Assembly: GCA_963794305.1 (NCBI GenBank)
Contig: CAWCDQ010000017.1
Coordinates: forward strand, 80,522 to 144,521
From: an uncultured Acidobacteriota bacterium
GTDB taxonomy: Bacteria > Acidobacteriota > Vicinamibacteria > Vicinamibacterales > CAVVIG01
Direction of reading: 5' to 3'
Length of the DNA: 64,000 bases
Position numbers and translations under genes: made by a program. The notes beneath the pieces were generated by a model. It saw nothing but the letters and a program-made list of their open reading frames with translations. It made no database searches and was not told where the DNA came from. Below, one piece after another: positions 1 to 8,584 of this stretch (the first letter of the stretch is position 1; every line of letters begins with the position of its first letter).

Positions 1-2
1 TC

Positions 3-785
3 GTGCCCGACAAATTGGCGCGGCCGGCGGCCACGGTGATCTGCGTGCCGGGTCACGGCCGCGGCGTGGACGACATCGTGGGCATCGACGACGATGGGCG
101 CGAACGCACGGACAAGAGCGGCTACCAGCACGATTTCGCCATTCAGGTGGTCGAGGCCGGCATGGCGGCCGTGGCGATCGAGCCGATGGCGTTCGGCTGC
201 CGGCGCGATCCACTGAACGCCGCACAAGGTCTGTCGCGCAAGGGTTGCGAGCCGGTCGCCGGCGGCGCGCTGATGCTCGGCGAAACGATGATCGGCTGGC
301 GCGTGTGGGACGTCATTCGCACCGTGGACTACATTGCGACCCGTCCGGAGCTGGACTCGAGCCGCGTGGGATGCATGGGGATTTCCGGAGGCGGCACCAC
401 CACGTTGTTCTCAGCGGCCCTGGAGCCGCGCATTCGCGCCGCGATGGTCAGCGGGTACCTGAACACGTTCCGCGACAGCATCGGCAGCCTCGCGCACTGC
501 GTCGACAACTACGTGCCCGGCATTCTGAACTGGGCGGAGATGTACGACGTCGGAGGTTTGATCGCGCCGCGCCCGTTGTTCGTGGAGTCGGGCGAAAAGG
601 ACAACATCTTTCCGGTTGCCGCCAGCATCGAGAGCTTCAAGAACGTGCGCGAGATGTACGGCGTCTTTCAAGCCGCCGATTCCGTCGAGCACGAGGTGTT
701 CCCGGGCGAACACTCGTTCTGGGGGAAACGCGGCATCCCGTTCATGGCGCGTCACCTGTTGCCGATTGCTGAAGCGAATTGCTGA
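3..785 (+). CDS. alpha/beta-fold serine hydrolase (acetyl-xylan-esterase / dienelactone-hydrolase-like), 5' end outside window
   Basis: ORF open at the window edge, stop at 783-785. Nucleophile elbow GISGGG, then Asp (GEKDNIF) and His (PGEHSFW) in alpha/beta-hydrolase order. Confidence 0.7.
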   Translation: MPDKLARPAATVICVPGHGRGVDDIVGIDDDGRERTDKSGYQHDFAIQVVEAGMAAVAIEPMAFGCRRDPLNAAQGLSRKGCEPVAGGALMLGETMIGWRVWDVIRTVDYIATRPELDSSRVGCMGISGGGTTTLFSAALEPRIRAAMVSGYLNTFRDSIGSLAHCVDNYVPGILNWAEMYDVGGLIAPRPLFVESGEKDNIFPVAASIESFKNVREMYGVFQAADSVEHEVFPGEHSFWGKRGIPFMARHLLPIAEANC

Positions 786-823
786 TTTCAATTAGCAATA
801 GTAGTGCGGACCTGAAATAACTG

Positions 824-2410
824 CTACGGAAGCGTCCAGGCGTACAGCGCGCTCCCGCCGCCCATCAGCAGGTACTGACGGCCATCGAGCTCGTAGGTGA
901 TCGGCGAGTTGCCGACCTTGCCGATGCCCGCGTGCCACAGCGTCGCCCCGTCGCTGGTGCGGAGGCCGAGCGCATTGCCGGCCGTGTCTCCAGTGAAGGT
1001 CAGCCCCGATTCCGTGGTCAGCACGCCCGCGCCCGACGCGCCTTCCCCGAGGTCGTGGTTCCAGCGGATCTTTCCGGTCTGATAGTCGATCGCGCGCAGC
1101 ACTGATTGGCCGTAGAGGTTATAGTCCGCGCCCGCCCAGCCGTAGGCGCCGTGCTCCGGCTTGAAAAAGTAGATGCCGTAGGCATCCTGCGCGCTGACGA
1201 TCAGCGAGCCGGTCTTCGCATCGAAGCTCGGCGAGCGATAGTTGGTCGCTCCACTCTCGTTCGGCGCGATGAGCACGCCGTCGCGTGACGGCTCCTTGGC
1301 CGGATCGGGAATCGGGCGGCCGTGTTCGTCGATCCCTTTCGTCCAGTTCACCGCGGCAAACGTCGTGGTCAGCAGGTTCTTCCCGGTCGTGCGATCCAGC
1401 ACGAAGAAGTAGCCGTTGCGCGACGCCTGCATCAGGAGTTTGCGCGGCTCGCCCTTGAAGGTGCCGTCCACGAGAACGGGAACTTCGGCGGCATCCCAGT
1501 CGTGCGTGTCGTGCGGCGACGCCTGAAATCCCCATGCGAGCTTGCCGGTGTCGGGATCGAGCGCGACGATGCTGCAGGTCCAGGGATTGTCGCCGGGTCG
1601 AACGGCGCCGTTCAATACGGGCGTCGGGTTGCCGGTGCCGACGTACATCAGATTGAGATCGGGGTCGTAGGTCCCGGTCATCCACATCTGACCGCCGGTC
1701 GCGCCGCCGCTCGACGAACCGGGCGTGCCTGCCGGCGGCGTGCTGTAGAACGTCCATTGATGCGCGCCGACCTCGGGGTCGAACGACTGCAGCATGCCGG
1801 GAACGTTGTCGAAGTCGCCGGACACACCCACCAGCACGTGGTTGCGGATCACGAGCGGCGCGTTGGTCGACCAGAAGCCGCGCTTGGCATCGGCGATTTC
1901 GACGTTCCACTTCACGGCGCCGGTGTTGGCATCCAGCGCGACGAGGTGCGCGTCGGGCGTCGTCAGGAACACGGAATTCTTGTAGACGGCCGCCCCGCGA
2001 TGGCCGATGTGAAAGCCCTGGTTGGCCGGGTAGGTGTAGCGCCACAGCTGGCGCGCCGAGCGCGCGTCGATCGCCCAGATGTTGTCCGGCGTCGTGATGT
2101 AGATCACGCCGTTCACGAGGATTGGCGACGCCTTGATCTGCTGACCCTGGCCCGTCTGGAACGACCAGGCGAGCGTGAGCTGCCGGACATTCTCCGGCGT
2201 AATCTGCGTCAGGCGGCTGTGACGGCGTCCCGAGTAGTCGCCGTGATAGGTCGGCCAGCTGTCGCGCGGAGGATTGAGCAGTGCCGCCGGATCGAGTCCC
2301 TGCGCCGCGAACAGACGGCAGGCGACCACGACGACGACCACCGCGCAGGCCGTGCCGGCGCGTTCAGCGAAGCGTATGCAGGTATGCCAGCACGTCGTGC
2401 ATGTCGCCAT
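824..2410 (-). CDS. PQQ-dependent (quinoprotein) dehydrogenase, probably periplasmic
   Basis: ORF 824-2437. Propeller repeats and motifs WPTYHGDYSGRRHS, ASPILVNGVIYITT, DPDLNLMYVGTGNP are typical of PQQ alcohol/sugar dehydrogenases. Hydrophobic leader AVVVVVVACRLFAAQG. ATG at 2410 preferred over 2437. Overlaps the 3' end of the upstream gene. Confidence 0.8.
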   Translation of the reverse strand: MATCTTCWHTCIRFAERAGTACAVVVVVVACRLFAAQGLDPAALLNPPRDSWPTYHGDYSGRRHSRLTQITPENVRQLTLAWSFQTGQGQQIKASPILVNGVIYITTPDNIWAIDARSARQLWRYTYPANQGFHIGHRGAAVYKNSVFLTTPDAHLVALDANTGAVKWNVEIADAKRGFWSTNAPLVIRNHVLVGVSGDFDNVPGMLQSFDPEVGAHQWTFYSTPPAGTPGSSSGGATGGQMWMTGTYDPDLNLMYVGTGNPTPVLNGAVRPGDNPWTCSIVALDPDTGKLAWGFQASPHDTHDWDAAEVPVLVDGTFKGEPRKLLMQASRNGYFFVLDRTTGKNLLTTTFAAVNWTKGIDEHGRPIPDPAKEPSRDGVLIAPNESGATNYRSPSFDAKTGSLIVSAQDAYGIYFFKPEHGAYGWAGADYNLYGQSVLRAIDYQTGKIRWNHDLGEGASGAGVLTTESGLTFTGDTAGNALGLRTSDGATLWHAGIGKVGNSPITYELDGRQYLLMGGGSALYAWTLP

Positions 2411-4046
2411 CGGTATATTTTCCCAGCTGCTCGGCATGAGCTCGAAGCGGGTCGTCGACCGTGAACTTCGCCTGGTCCACCGGAAATGAGTGGTTGGCGC
2501 CGGACTGATCCGTGAGCGCGATCGTGAATTCGTCGCGATACGCGAGCGAACCGGTGACGACCTCGCCGGACGGCCTCGTCACCGTCACGCGCGCACGAGC
2601 TGCGGCCTTTGCGCCCGTGGGGTACAGCATCCGTTGCAGCAGCGCGAGCCCTTCGAGGCGCTTGGCAAGGCCGGCGAAGTCGCCGCTCGGCGAATGACAC
2701 TTCGAGCACGCCGTCGCGAAGTATTTCTTTCCCGCTTCGACGTTGCCGGTCTGAAGATCGGCGACGTCCACGGCACGGCGTCCGCCGGTCAGCGACTCGG
2801 CCTTCGTTTTCTGGTCGTGAATGAAGGCGACGACGGCCGCGAGATCGGATTCGGCGAGAGTGAAGGCGGGCATGCCTTTGTCGACCCGGCCATTGCGCAC
2901 GACAGGTCCGAGCGTGTCGCCGCGCACATCGGCCGCGACGCTCGCGGCACGCGTGAGGTCGGGCCCGGTTTCGCCGCCCATCGCATCGCGTCCGTGACAG
3001 AAGCCGCATTGCGCCGCAAAGATCGGTTGTCCGGCGCGCACCTGCTCCGGTGGATACGCTTGCGGCGTCGCCGTTGCCGGTGGCGGCACGGCGGCGGGGC
3101 TGGCCTGCGACCCTCGGCCGCCGGCTGGCGCCTGCGGCTGCGGCTGATCCATGGCCGCGAGATTCGCGCGATAGCTCACGTTGGTGGCGGTGGGGAAGTC
3201 CGACGGGATCTTCTGTGTGACGGCGCCGTTCGCCGCCCACTCCGTACCGCGCTGGAAGGTCACCACGAAGTCCACCGAGCTCAACGCGCTGACGTCGTGT
3301 CCCATCGTCGTGTGAAACACGCGTCCCTTGCCGTAGGTGAGCACCATCAGCTGCGGCTCGTCGCGTCCGGTACCGTTGTTGGCCGGATCGGAATACGCGG
3401 TGGCCAGCACGGTCATGTTGCGCCCGGGGCCGCGCAGCTTGGCATAGAGCTCGTCGCCCTGATGCATCCACGAGGCAGGCAACCCCCTGGTGATCGGATG
3501 ATTCGGATCGCGAACCGTGACAGCGAACGGCAGCCGCTGTCCGTGACTGCCTGCCGATCCCGGCGTCACGTCGGACGTCAGCTTGCCGTCCTTGATGAAC
3601 CAGAACGGTCCGGCCTTCTCGGTCCGATTGCGCCAGCCGCCGACGCCAATCATGTCGTTGAACGCGGCCCAGCCCGGGAAGGCGTTGTCGGATGCGTGAA
3701 CGATCACGAGCCCACCGCCGTCGCTGACGTAGCGCTCGAAGGCCGTCTTCAACTCGGCGGGCCAGCGTTCGTCGGGCGCGTCGTAGTTCATCACGACGAC
3801 CTGGTACTTCGCGAAGTCAGGCTTGAACGCGCTGAAGCTGCCGCCAGGCGGCGGCGCCGTCACGACCGCGACCTCGAAGAGGCCCGCCTCGTCCAGCTCC
3901 TTCTTCAGCACCTGCGTGGTCAACTGCCACCGGTGGTACGGACCGCCGCTCTCGCCGTCGAGGAGCATCACGCGGATCGGCGGCGCGGCGCGGGGCACGA
4001 CCATCGCGGCGAGAACCACGAGACAGGCGATTGCGGAACGCTTCAC
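2364..4046 (-). CDS. ThuA-like (trehalose-utilisation family) domain fused to a C-terminal dihaem cytochrome c; signal peptide
   Basis: Intact 560-aa ORF. N-terminal signal MKRSAIACLVVLAAMVVP. ThuA-type block (GGGLVIVHASDNAF, NHPITRGLP, YGKGRVFHTTMGHD). Two CXXCH haem motifs (CGFCH, CSKCH). The ATG lies 1 nt after the xylA stop. Confidence 0.75.
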   Translation of the reverse strand: MKRSAIACLVVLAAMVVPRAAPPIRVMLLDGESGGPYHRWQLTTQVLKKELDEAGLFEVAVVTAPPPGGSFSAFKPDFAKYQVVVMNYDAPDERWPAELKTAFERYVSDGGGLVIVHASDNAFPGWAAFNDMIGVGGWRNRTEKAGPFWFIKDGKLTSDVTPGSAGSHGQRLPFAVTVRDPNHPITRGLPASWMHQGDELYAKLRGPGRNMTVLATAYSDPANNGTGRDEPQLMVLTYGKGRVFHTTMGHDVSALSSVDFVVTFQRGTEWAANGAVTQKIPSDFPTATNVSYRANLAAMDQPQPQAPAGGRGSQASPAAVPPPATATPQAYPPEQVRAGQPIFAAQCGFCHGRDAMGGETGPDLTRAASVAADVRGDTLGPVVRNGRVDKGMPAFTLAESDLAAVVAFIHDQKTKAESLTGGRRAVDVADLQTGNVEAGKKYFATACSKCHSPSGDFAGLAKRLEGLALLQRMLYPTGAKAAARARVTVTRPSGEVVTGSLAYRDEFTIALTDQSGANHSFPVDQAKFTVDDPLRAHAEQLGKYTDGDMHDVLAYLHTLR

Positions 4047-4047
4047 A

Positions 4048-5148
4048 TCACGCCTCCTCTCCGCGAACGCCGAGCAACAGTTCCACGGTCAGCTGATCGA
4101 GACGCTCGTAGCCCAGGCCGCGCTGTCCTCTGGTGCCGAACTCGGCGACCAGCGCCTGGATCTCCGGATCGGCGTTCCACTGTTTCGCGCGTTCCTTCAG
4201 GATCAGGTAGGTCCGCATACATCCGCGCGCGAAATCGCGGACGCCGTCGTAGTCCTCGGTCCGGTAAGCGTGCGCGTCGAAGTGCCGCGGGCCCGCGTAC
4301 CCCACGTCCTCGAGGAATTTCACGAGCCAGAACGCGGACTTCACGTTGGCCGATCCGAAGCGGAAATCCTGATCGTATCGGCCGGGCACCTGATCGTTCA
4401 GATCGATGTGAAAGAGCTTGCCCGCTTCCCAGGCCTGGGCGACGGCGTGGAGAAAGTTCAGGCCCGCCATCTGTTCGTGCGCGACCTCAGGATTCACGCC
4501 CACCATCTCGGGATGATCGAGCGTCGGAATGAACCCGAGGTACGCTCCGGTCGTGGCCATATAGATGTCGCCGCGCGGCTCGTTCGGCTTCGCCTCGAGC
4601 GCGAACCTGAACCCGTACCGCCGATCCAGCGAGTAGCCGCACAGGGCGTTGACCGCTTCGCGCAGCCGCTTGATCGCCTCGTCCGGACGGCGGCAGGCGT
4701 CGGTCTCGGTGCCTTCTCGTCCGCCCCACAGCACGAAGATGCTGGCGCCGAGCTCGGCGCCCAGATCCATCGCCTGCCTGGTCTTCTCCAGCGCGTACGC
4801 GCGAACGCGCGGGTCGTTGGAGGTGAACGCGCCATCGCGAAACACCGGGTCGTAGAACAGGTTGACGGTGGCCATCGGCACGACGATGCCGTGCCGGTTG
4901 CACGCCGCCTTGAAGCTCGTGACGATGCGATCGCGATCGGAGGGGGAGGCATCGATCGGCACGAGATCGTTGTCGTGCAGGTTCACGCCCCACGCGCCGA
5001 CCTCGGCCAGCAGCGCGACCGCATCGACCGGCGGCAGCGGATCGCGGACCACGTCGCCGAACGGATCGCGCCCGCGGTTGGCGACGGTCCAGAGGCCGAA
5101 CGAGAACTTGTGTTCCGGCCGGGGCGAGTATCGGTCAGGCATGGACAT
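4048..5148 (-). CDS. xylA: xylose isomerase, class I (short, actinobacterial type)
   Basis: Intact 366-aa [45 protein letters not shown] and RHFDAHAYR blocks are characteristic of class I XylA. Confidence 0.9.
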   Translation of the reverse strand: MSMPDRYSPRPEHKFSFGLWTVANRGRDPFGDVVRDPLPPVDAVALLAEVGAWGVNLHDNDLVPIDASPSDRDRIVTSFKAACNRHGIVVPMATVNLFYDPVFRDGAFTSNDPRVRAYALEKTRQAMDLGAELGASIFVLWGGREGTETDACRRPDEAIKRLREAVNALCGYSLDRRYGFRFALEAKPNEPRGDIYMATTGAYLGFIPTLDHPEMVGVNPEVAHEQMAGLNFLHAVAQAWEAGKLFHIDLNDQVPGRYDQDFRFGSANVKSAFWLVKFLEDVGYAGPRHFDAHAYRTEDYDGVRDFARGCMRTYLILKERAKQWNADPEIQALVAEFGTRGQRGLGYERLDQLTVELLLGVRGEEA

Positions 5149-6616
5149 TCCGCAGCGCGGGATAGACGCGCGTGTATGCGCGGTACCGGTCGCTCATCGA
5201 TGCGACGGCCGCCGGACGCGGCTGCGTCGACGTCGTCCCGCGGACCAGAGCATCGCATGCGGCATCCACTGTTGGCCAGCGGTCAATTCCGACGGCCGCC
5301 AGGATCGCCGCGCCGTACGCCGCTCCCTCGTCTGCCGCCGTATCGACCGGCTGCCCGTATACGTCGGCCTGAATCTGCCGCCACAGCGGCCGACCGCGAT
5401 CCGCCGCCGCCGAGTCGGATGCGGTCGACCGGGACCTGCAACTCCGCGAAGATCGACAACGTATCGCGCAGGCTGAACGCCACCCCTTCCAGGATCGCGC
5501 GCACGATGTGTCCGCGGCCGTGGCTGGCCGCGAGGCCGACGAGCGCGCCGCGCGCGTTCGGATCGCAGTGCGGCGTGCGTTCGCCCATCAGGTACGGCGC
5601 CCAGAGCACGCCGTCGGCGCCCGGCGCGATGCGCTCGGCCTCGGCGGTCAGCTGGTCGTAGGACGTTCCGGAGGCCAGCTGATCGCGAAACCATCTGAGG
5701 GAGAGGCCCGCCGCCTGCGTCACCCCCATCACGTGCCAGCGTCCCGGGATCGCGTGACAGAACGTATGAATCCGCCCTTCGGGATCCGTTGCGGGCCGAT
5801 CGGTTGCAGCAAACACGACGCCGGAGGTGCCGATGGTCGCGCTGACGGCGCCAGGCCGCGTGATGCCCATGCCGATCGCCCCGGCCGCCTGGTCGCCGGC
5901 GCCGGCGACGATCGGCGTGCCGGTGGGGATGCCTGTGAGCGCGGCCGCGACGGCAGATACGCGCGCGCAGATGTCGGGCGACTCGAACACGGCCGGCAGC
6001 AGGTCCGCATCAATCTCCGCTGCGTCGAGCATCTCGCGGGGACCATCTGCGGCGCGCCACGTCCAGCATGAGCGTTCCGGACGCATCGGCGACGTCGATG
6101 GCGTACTCGCCGCTCAACTGGAGGCGGACGTAATCCTTTGGCAGCAGCACGTGACGCACCCGGTTCCACAGGTCAGGCTCGTGCGTGCGGACCCACAGCA
6201 GCTTGGTCAGCGTGAAGTTCGTGAGCGCGGTATTCGACGTGAGATCGATGATGCGCGTCCGGCCGATCGTCGCGTCCAGCCAGCGGCACTCGTCTTCCGT
6301 GCGTTGATCGCACCAGATGAGGGAAGGCCTCAGCACGGCGCCGTCCGCCCCCAGGAGCACCGCTCCGTGCATCTGTCCTGACAGGCCGACGCAGGCGATC
6401 GAGTTGGCGTTGACGCCGCTTTCGGCGATCGCCGAACGGATCGCCTGCTGACAGGCGCGCCACCAGTCGGCGGGATCCTGCTCGGCCCAGGTGGTGCGCG
6501 GCGACGCGAAGGGTGCGTGGTCGGCCGTCGCCGATGCGATCAGCGTTGCCGTCGTCGTCGAGGATCAGCGCCCGGGAACCGCTCGTGCCGACGTCGATGC
6601 CTAGAACGGGGCTCAC
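5135..6616 (-). CDS. xylB: xylulokinase (FGGY family), interrupted by three frameshifts (~6543, ~6038, ~5390)
   Basis: Fragments in three frames join into one protein: [24 protein letters not shown] / [12 protein letters not shown]...[12 protein letters not shown]...[15 protein letters not shown] / EMLDAAEID...RLGGGGSRS / [15 protein letters not shown]...ALRNVHA. GTG start overlaps the M20 stop (GTGA). Stop overlaps the xylA start by 14 nt. Confidence 0.8.
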
Positions 6617-8010
6617 TTCGCCAACGTCTCGCGCAGCGCCTCGAACAGCACCTGCGCTCCTTCGCGCACGCTCGTGAGGCTCACGTGTTCTCCATCGCCG
6701 TGCATCGAGGCGACCACGTCGGCCGGGAGCAGCGCGGGAAAGATCCCGTAGCTTTTCACGCCGCTGGGGCGGAAGGCGTTCGAGTCGGTGCCGTACGGGA
6801 TGAGGATCGGGGTGACGATCGCCTCGGGGTGCCTGCGCTTGATGGCGGCTTCGATGTTGCGGTACAGAGGCGCATCGTTGGTCGTGACGACCGGGTCGTC
6901 GGATTCGTTGATCAGTTCGATCTTGATCGCGGGATCGCCGAGGCGCCGGCCGATCTCGGCGATCCACTGGTCGCGCGTCGTTCCCGGCAGCACACGGCAG
7001 TCGAGGCCGGCTTCGGCGACCGAGGGGATCACGTTGATCTTCGGCGGATCGCCGACACCAGATCGGAACCAGGTCAGGGAGATCGTGGAGTGCTGGATCG
7101 CGTTGGTGAACTTGTTCTGCGCGAAGGCGCCGACCTTGGCCTGCATCATGTCGATGACCGTCGGTTCGCCGGGTCGAGACGCCGGCGCCTGCGGGGCGCG
7201 CGTGCCTTCGGGCGCGAGCAGCCTGGCGAGCGCCTTCACCAGCCGATCGTTCGGGTTGGTGTCGGTCGGCTGACTGCCATGTCCCGCGACCCCTTCCGCA
7301 CGCAGCTTCAGCCAGACGATCTTCTTCTCGGCCACGGAGATGCCGTAGACCGTCTTGTTGGGCGCGAAGAGATCGGCGCTGCCGAAGCCGCCCTCGTCGA
7401 GGACGTATTCCGGATCGAGCTCGGCGTAGTGGTTCGCGATCATCCATCGGGCGCCCAGCGCGCCGCCGACCTCCTCGTCGGGCTCGGCGAGCAGGATGAC
7501 GTCGCGCGTCAGCGGCACCTTCTGGCGCTTCAACATCAGGAACGCCACCAGCTGCGCGATCCCCTGGCCTTTCATGTCCATCGCGCCGCGGCCCCACAGA
7601 TCGTCGCCCTGGATCGTCGGCGTGAACGGATCCGTTTTCCACTGGGCCCGATCGGCCGGCACGACGTCCATGTGGTGGAGCATCAGGATCGCCTTGCCTG
7701 CCGGCGGCGACACCGTGGCCTTCAGCCGGCCGTAGAGAATCGCCTTGCCGGGCGCCGATTCGTAGCGCGTGACCGGAATCCCTTCACGCTCGAGAATCGA
7801 AGCCAGGAAGTCGGCCGCCTTACGCGTGTCGCCGGGCGGATTGGAAGTGTCGATGGCGACATACTGCTGGAGCAGCCGGGTGATTTCATCCAGCTCCTGC
7901 GCATGGGCCGGCCGATGCATCAACACAAAGGACACGAAGGACACTAAGAAAAAGGCATACCGGAATTTTCTTTGTGTCCTTGGTGTCCTCTGTGTTGATT
8001 CACTGGTCAT
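6613..8010 (-). CDS. M20-family metallopeptidase (start ambiguous: 8010 or ATG at 7920)
   Basis: Intact ORF with M20 metal-ligand blocks HHMDVVPA, GRGAMDMKG, LLAEPDEEVGG. The first 30 codons are the translation of palindrome 7924-7994 and look like a signal peptide (RKFRYAFFLVSFVSFVLMHRPAHA/QE). ATG 8010 overlaps the upstream stop (ATGA). Confidence 0.8.
   Translation of the reverse strand: MTSESTQRTPRTQRKFRYAFFLVSFVSFVLMHRPAHAQELDEITRLLQQYVAIDTSNPPGDTRKAADFLASILEREGIPVTRYESAPGKAILYGRLKATVSPPAGKAILMLHHMDVVPADRAQWKTDPFTPTIQGDDLWGRGAMDMKGQGIAQLVAFLMLKRQKVPLTRDVILLAEPDEEVGGALGARWMIANHYAELDPEYVLDEGGFGSADLFAPNKTVYGISVAEKKIVWLKLRAEGVAGHGSQPTDTNPNDRLVKALARLLAPEGTRAPQAPASRPGEPTVIDMMQAKVGAFAQNKFTNAIQHSTISLTWFRSGVGDPPKINVIPSVAEAGLDCRVLPGTTRDQWIAEIGRRLGDPAIKIELINESDDPVVTTNDAPLYRNIEAAIKRRHPEAIVTPILIPYGTDSNAFRPSGVKSYGIFPALLPADVVASMHGDGEHVSLTSVREGAQVLFEALRETLAK
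7924..7994. repeat. imperfect long palindrome built from AAGGACAC-type oligo repeats
   Basis: Left arm cacaaaggacacgaaggacactaagaaaa pairs with right arm ttttctttgtgtccttggtgtcctctgtg (about 2 mismatches in the outer 21 bp). Loop aggcataccggaa. Confidence 0.8.
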
Positions 8011-8506
8011 ATAGCCTCAAACACTCCGCTCTCCCGATTCTTCCGCACGCGATCCCACTGGAAATAGCGGCCGTTCATCGCGATGTAGACGCCGGGCGGC
8101 AGAACCTGGACGAACGACAGCGCGCTACCGAGGTTGAACAACCCGTCCGAGCTGCCGAACGCGTACGGGATCATCGCGCCAGTCAGCACGATGGTCTTGG
8201 CGGGCGAGCGCGGCGCGGCCGCCAGCGCCGCGGCCGTCTCCACCATGGTGTCGGTTCCGTGCGTGATCAGGATTCGCGTCTCAACCGCCCGCGTGCACTC
8301 GTCGACGATCCGTCCGCGGTCGGCCGCCGTCATCTCCAGGCTGTCGATCATCATCAGGGTGGAGATCGACACGTCGATGCGTGATCGCCCGAGCCGCAGC
8401 ATTTCCGGCAGGTGCGTGTCCTTGAAGAACAGGGAGCCGGTCAGCTCGTTGTACTCCTTGTCGAAGGTTCCGCCGGTGACGAAGACCCGACGGGTTCTGG
8501 ATTCAT
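8007..8506 (-). CDS. asparaginase-family single-domain protein (~166 aa), one frameshift near 8491
   Basis: In-frame extension upstream of the listed ORF reads RVFVTGGTFDKEYNELTGSLFFKDTHLPEMLRLG. TGGT and ILITHGTDTM motifs match the asparaginase/glutaminase N-terminal domain. The only usable start (ATG 8506, MNPEP) is one base out of frame, at a CCC run. Confidence 0.6.
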
Positions 8507-8584
8507 GGTTCAGGGTTCAGCGTTCGTTCCGGGTTCACGGGTTCTGGGTTCCTGGTTCATGGTTCAATTCGACGTCTTCGTTCC
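8492..8584. repeat. degenerate tandem heptamer array (GAACCNN on the minus strand, about 10 units)
   Basis: Minus strand reads gaaccat gaaccag gaaccca gaacccgt gaacccg gaacgaacgct gaaccct gaaccat gaatcca gaaccc. Lies between the M14 stop and the asparaginase-like start and overlaps both gene ends. Confidence 0.75.

Noticed and set aside
2490-4532. Very long ORFs on the opposite strand or in alternative frames of well-supported genes. Examples: 1322-2464 +, 2490-4532 +, 3823-5661 +, 6173-7642 -, 18480-20441 -, 20867-22945 +, 23083-24735 +, 27291-28841 +, 47064-49811 +, 50792-53368 -, 58265-59809 -.
   Set aside because: Their translations are dominated by Arg/Ala/Gly/Pro with no motifs. This is the usual stop-codon-poor off-frame reading of high-GC DNA. 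Each is fully overlapped by a gene with clear family signatures.
8492-8584. Short tandem arrays (8492-8584, 9323-9381, 54077-54144, 44426-44460) considered as possible CRISPR arrays.
   Set aside because: The repeat period is only 7-8 nt, with no unique spacers, no 25-40-nt repeats and no cas genes.
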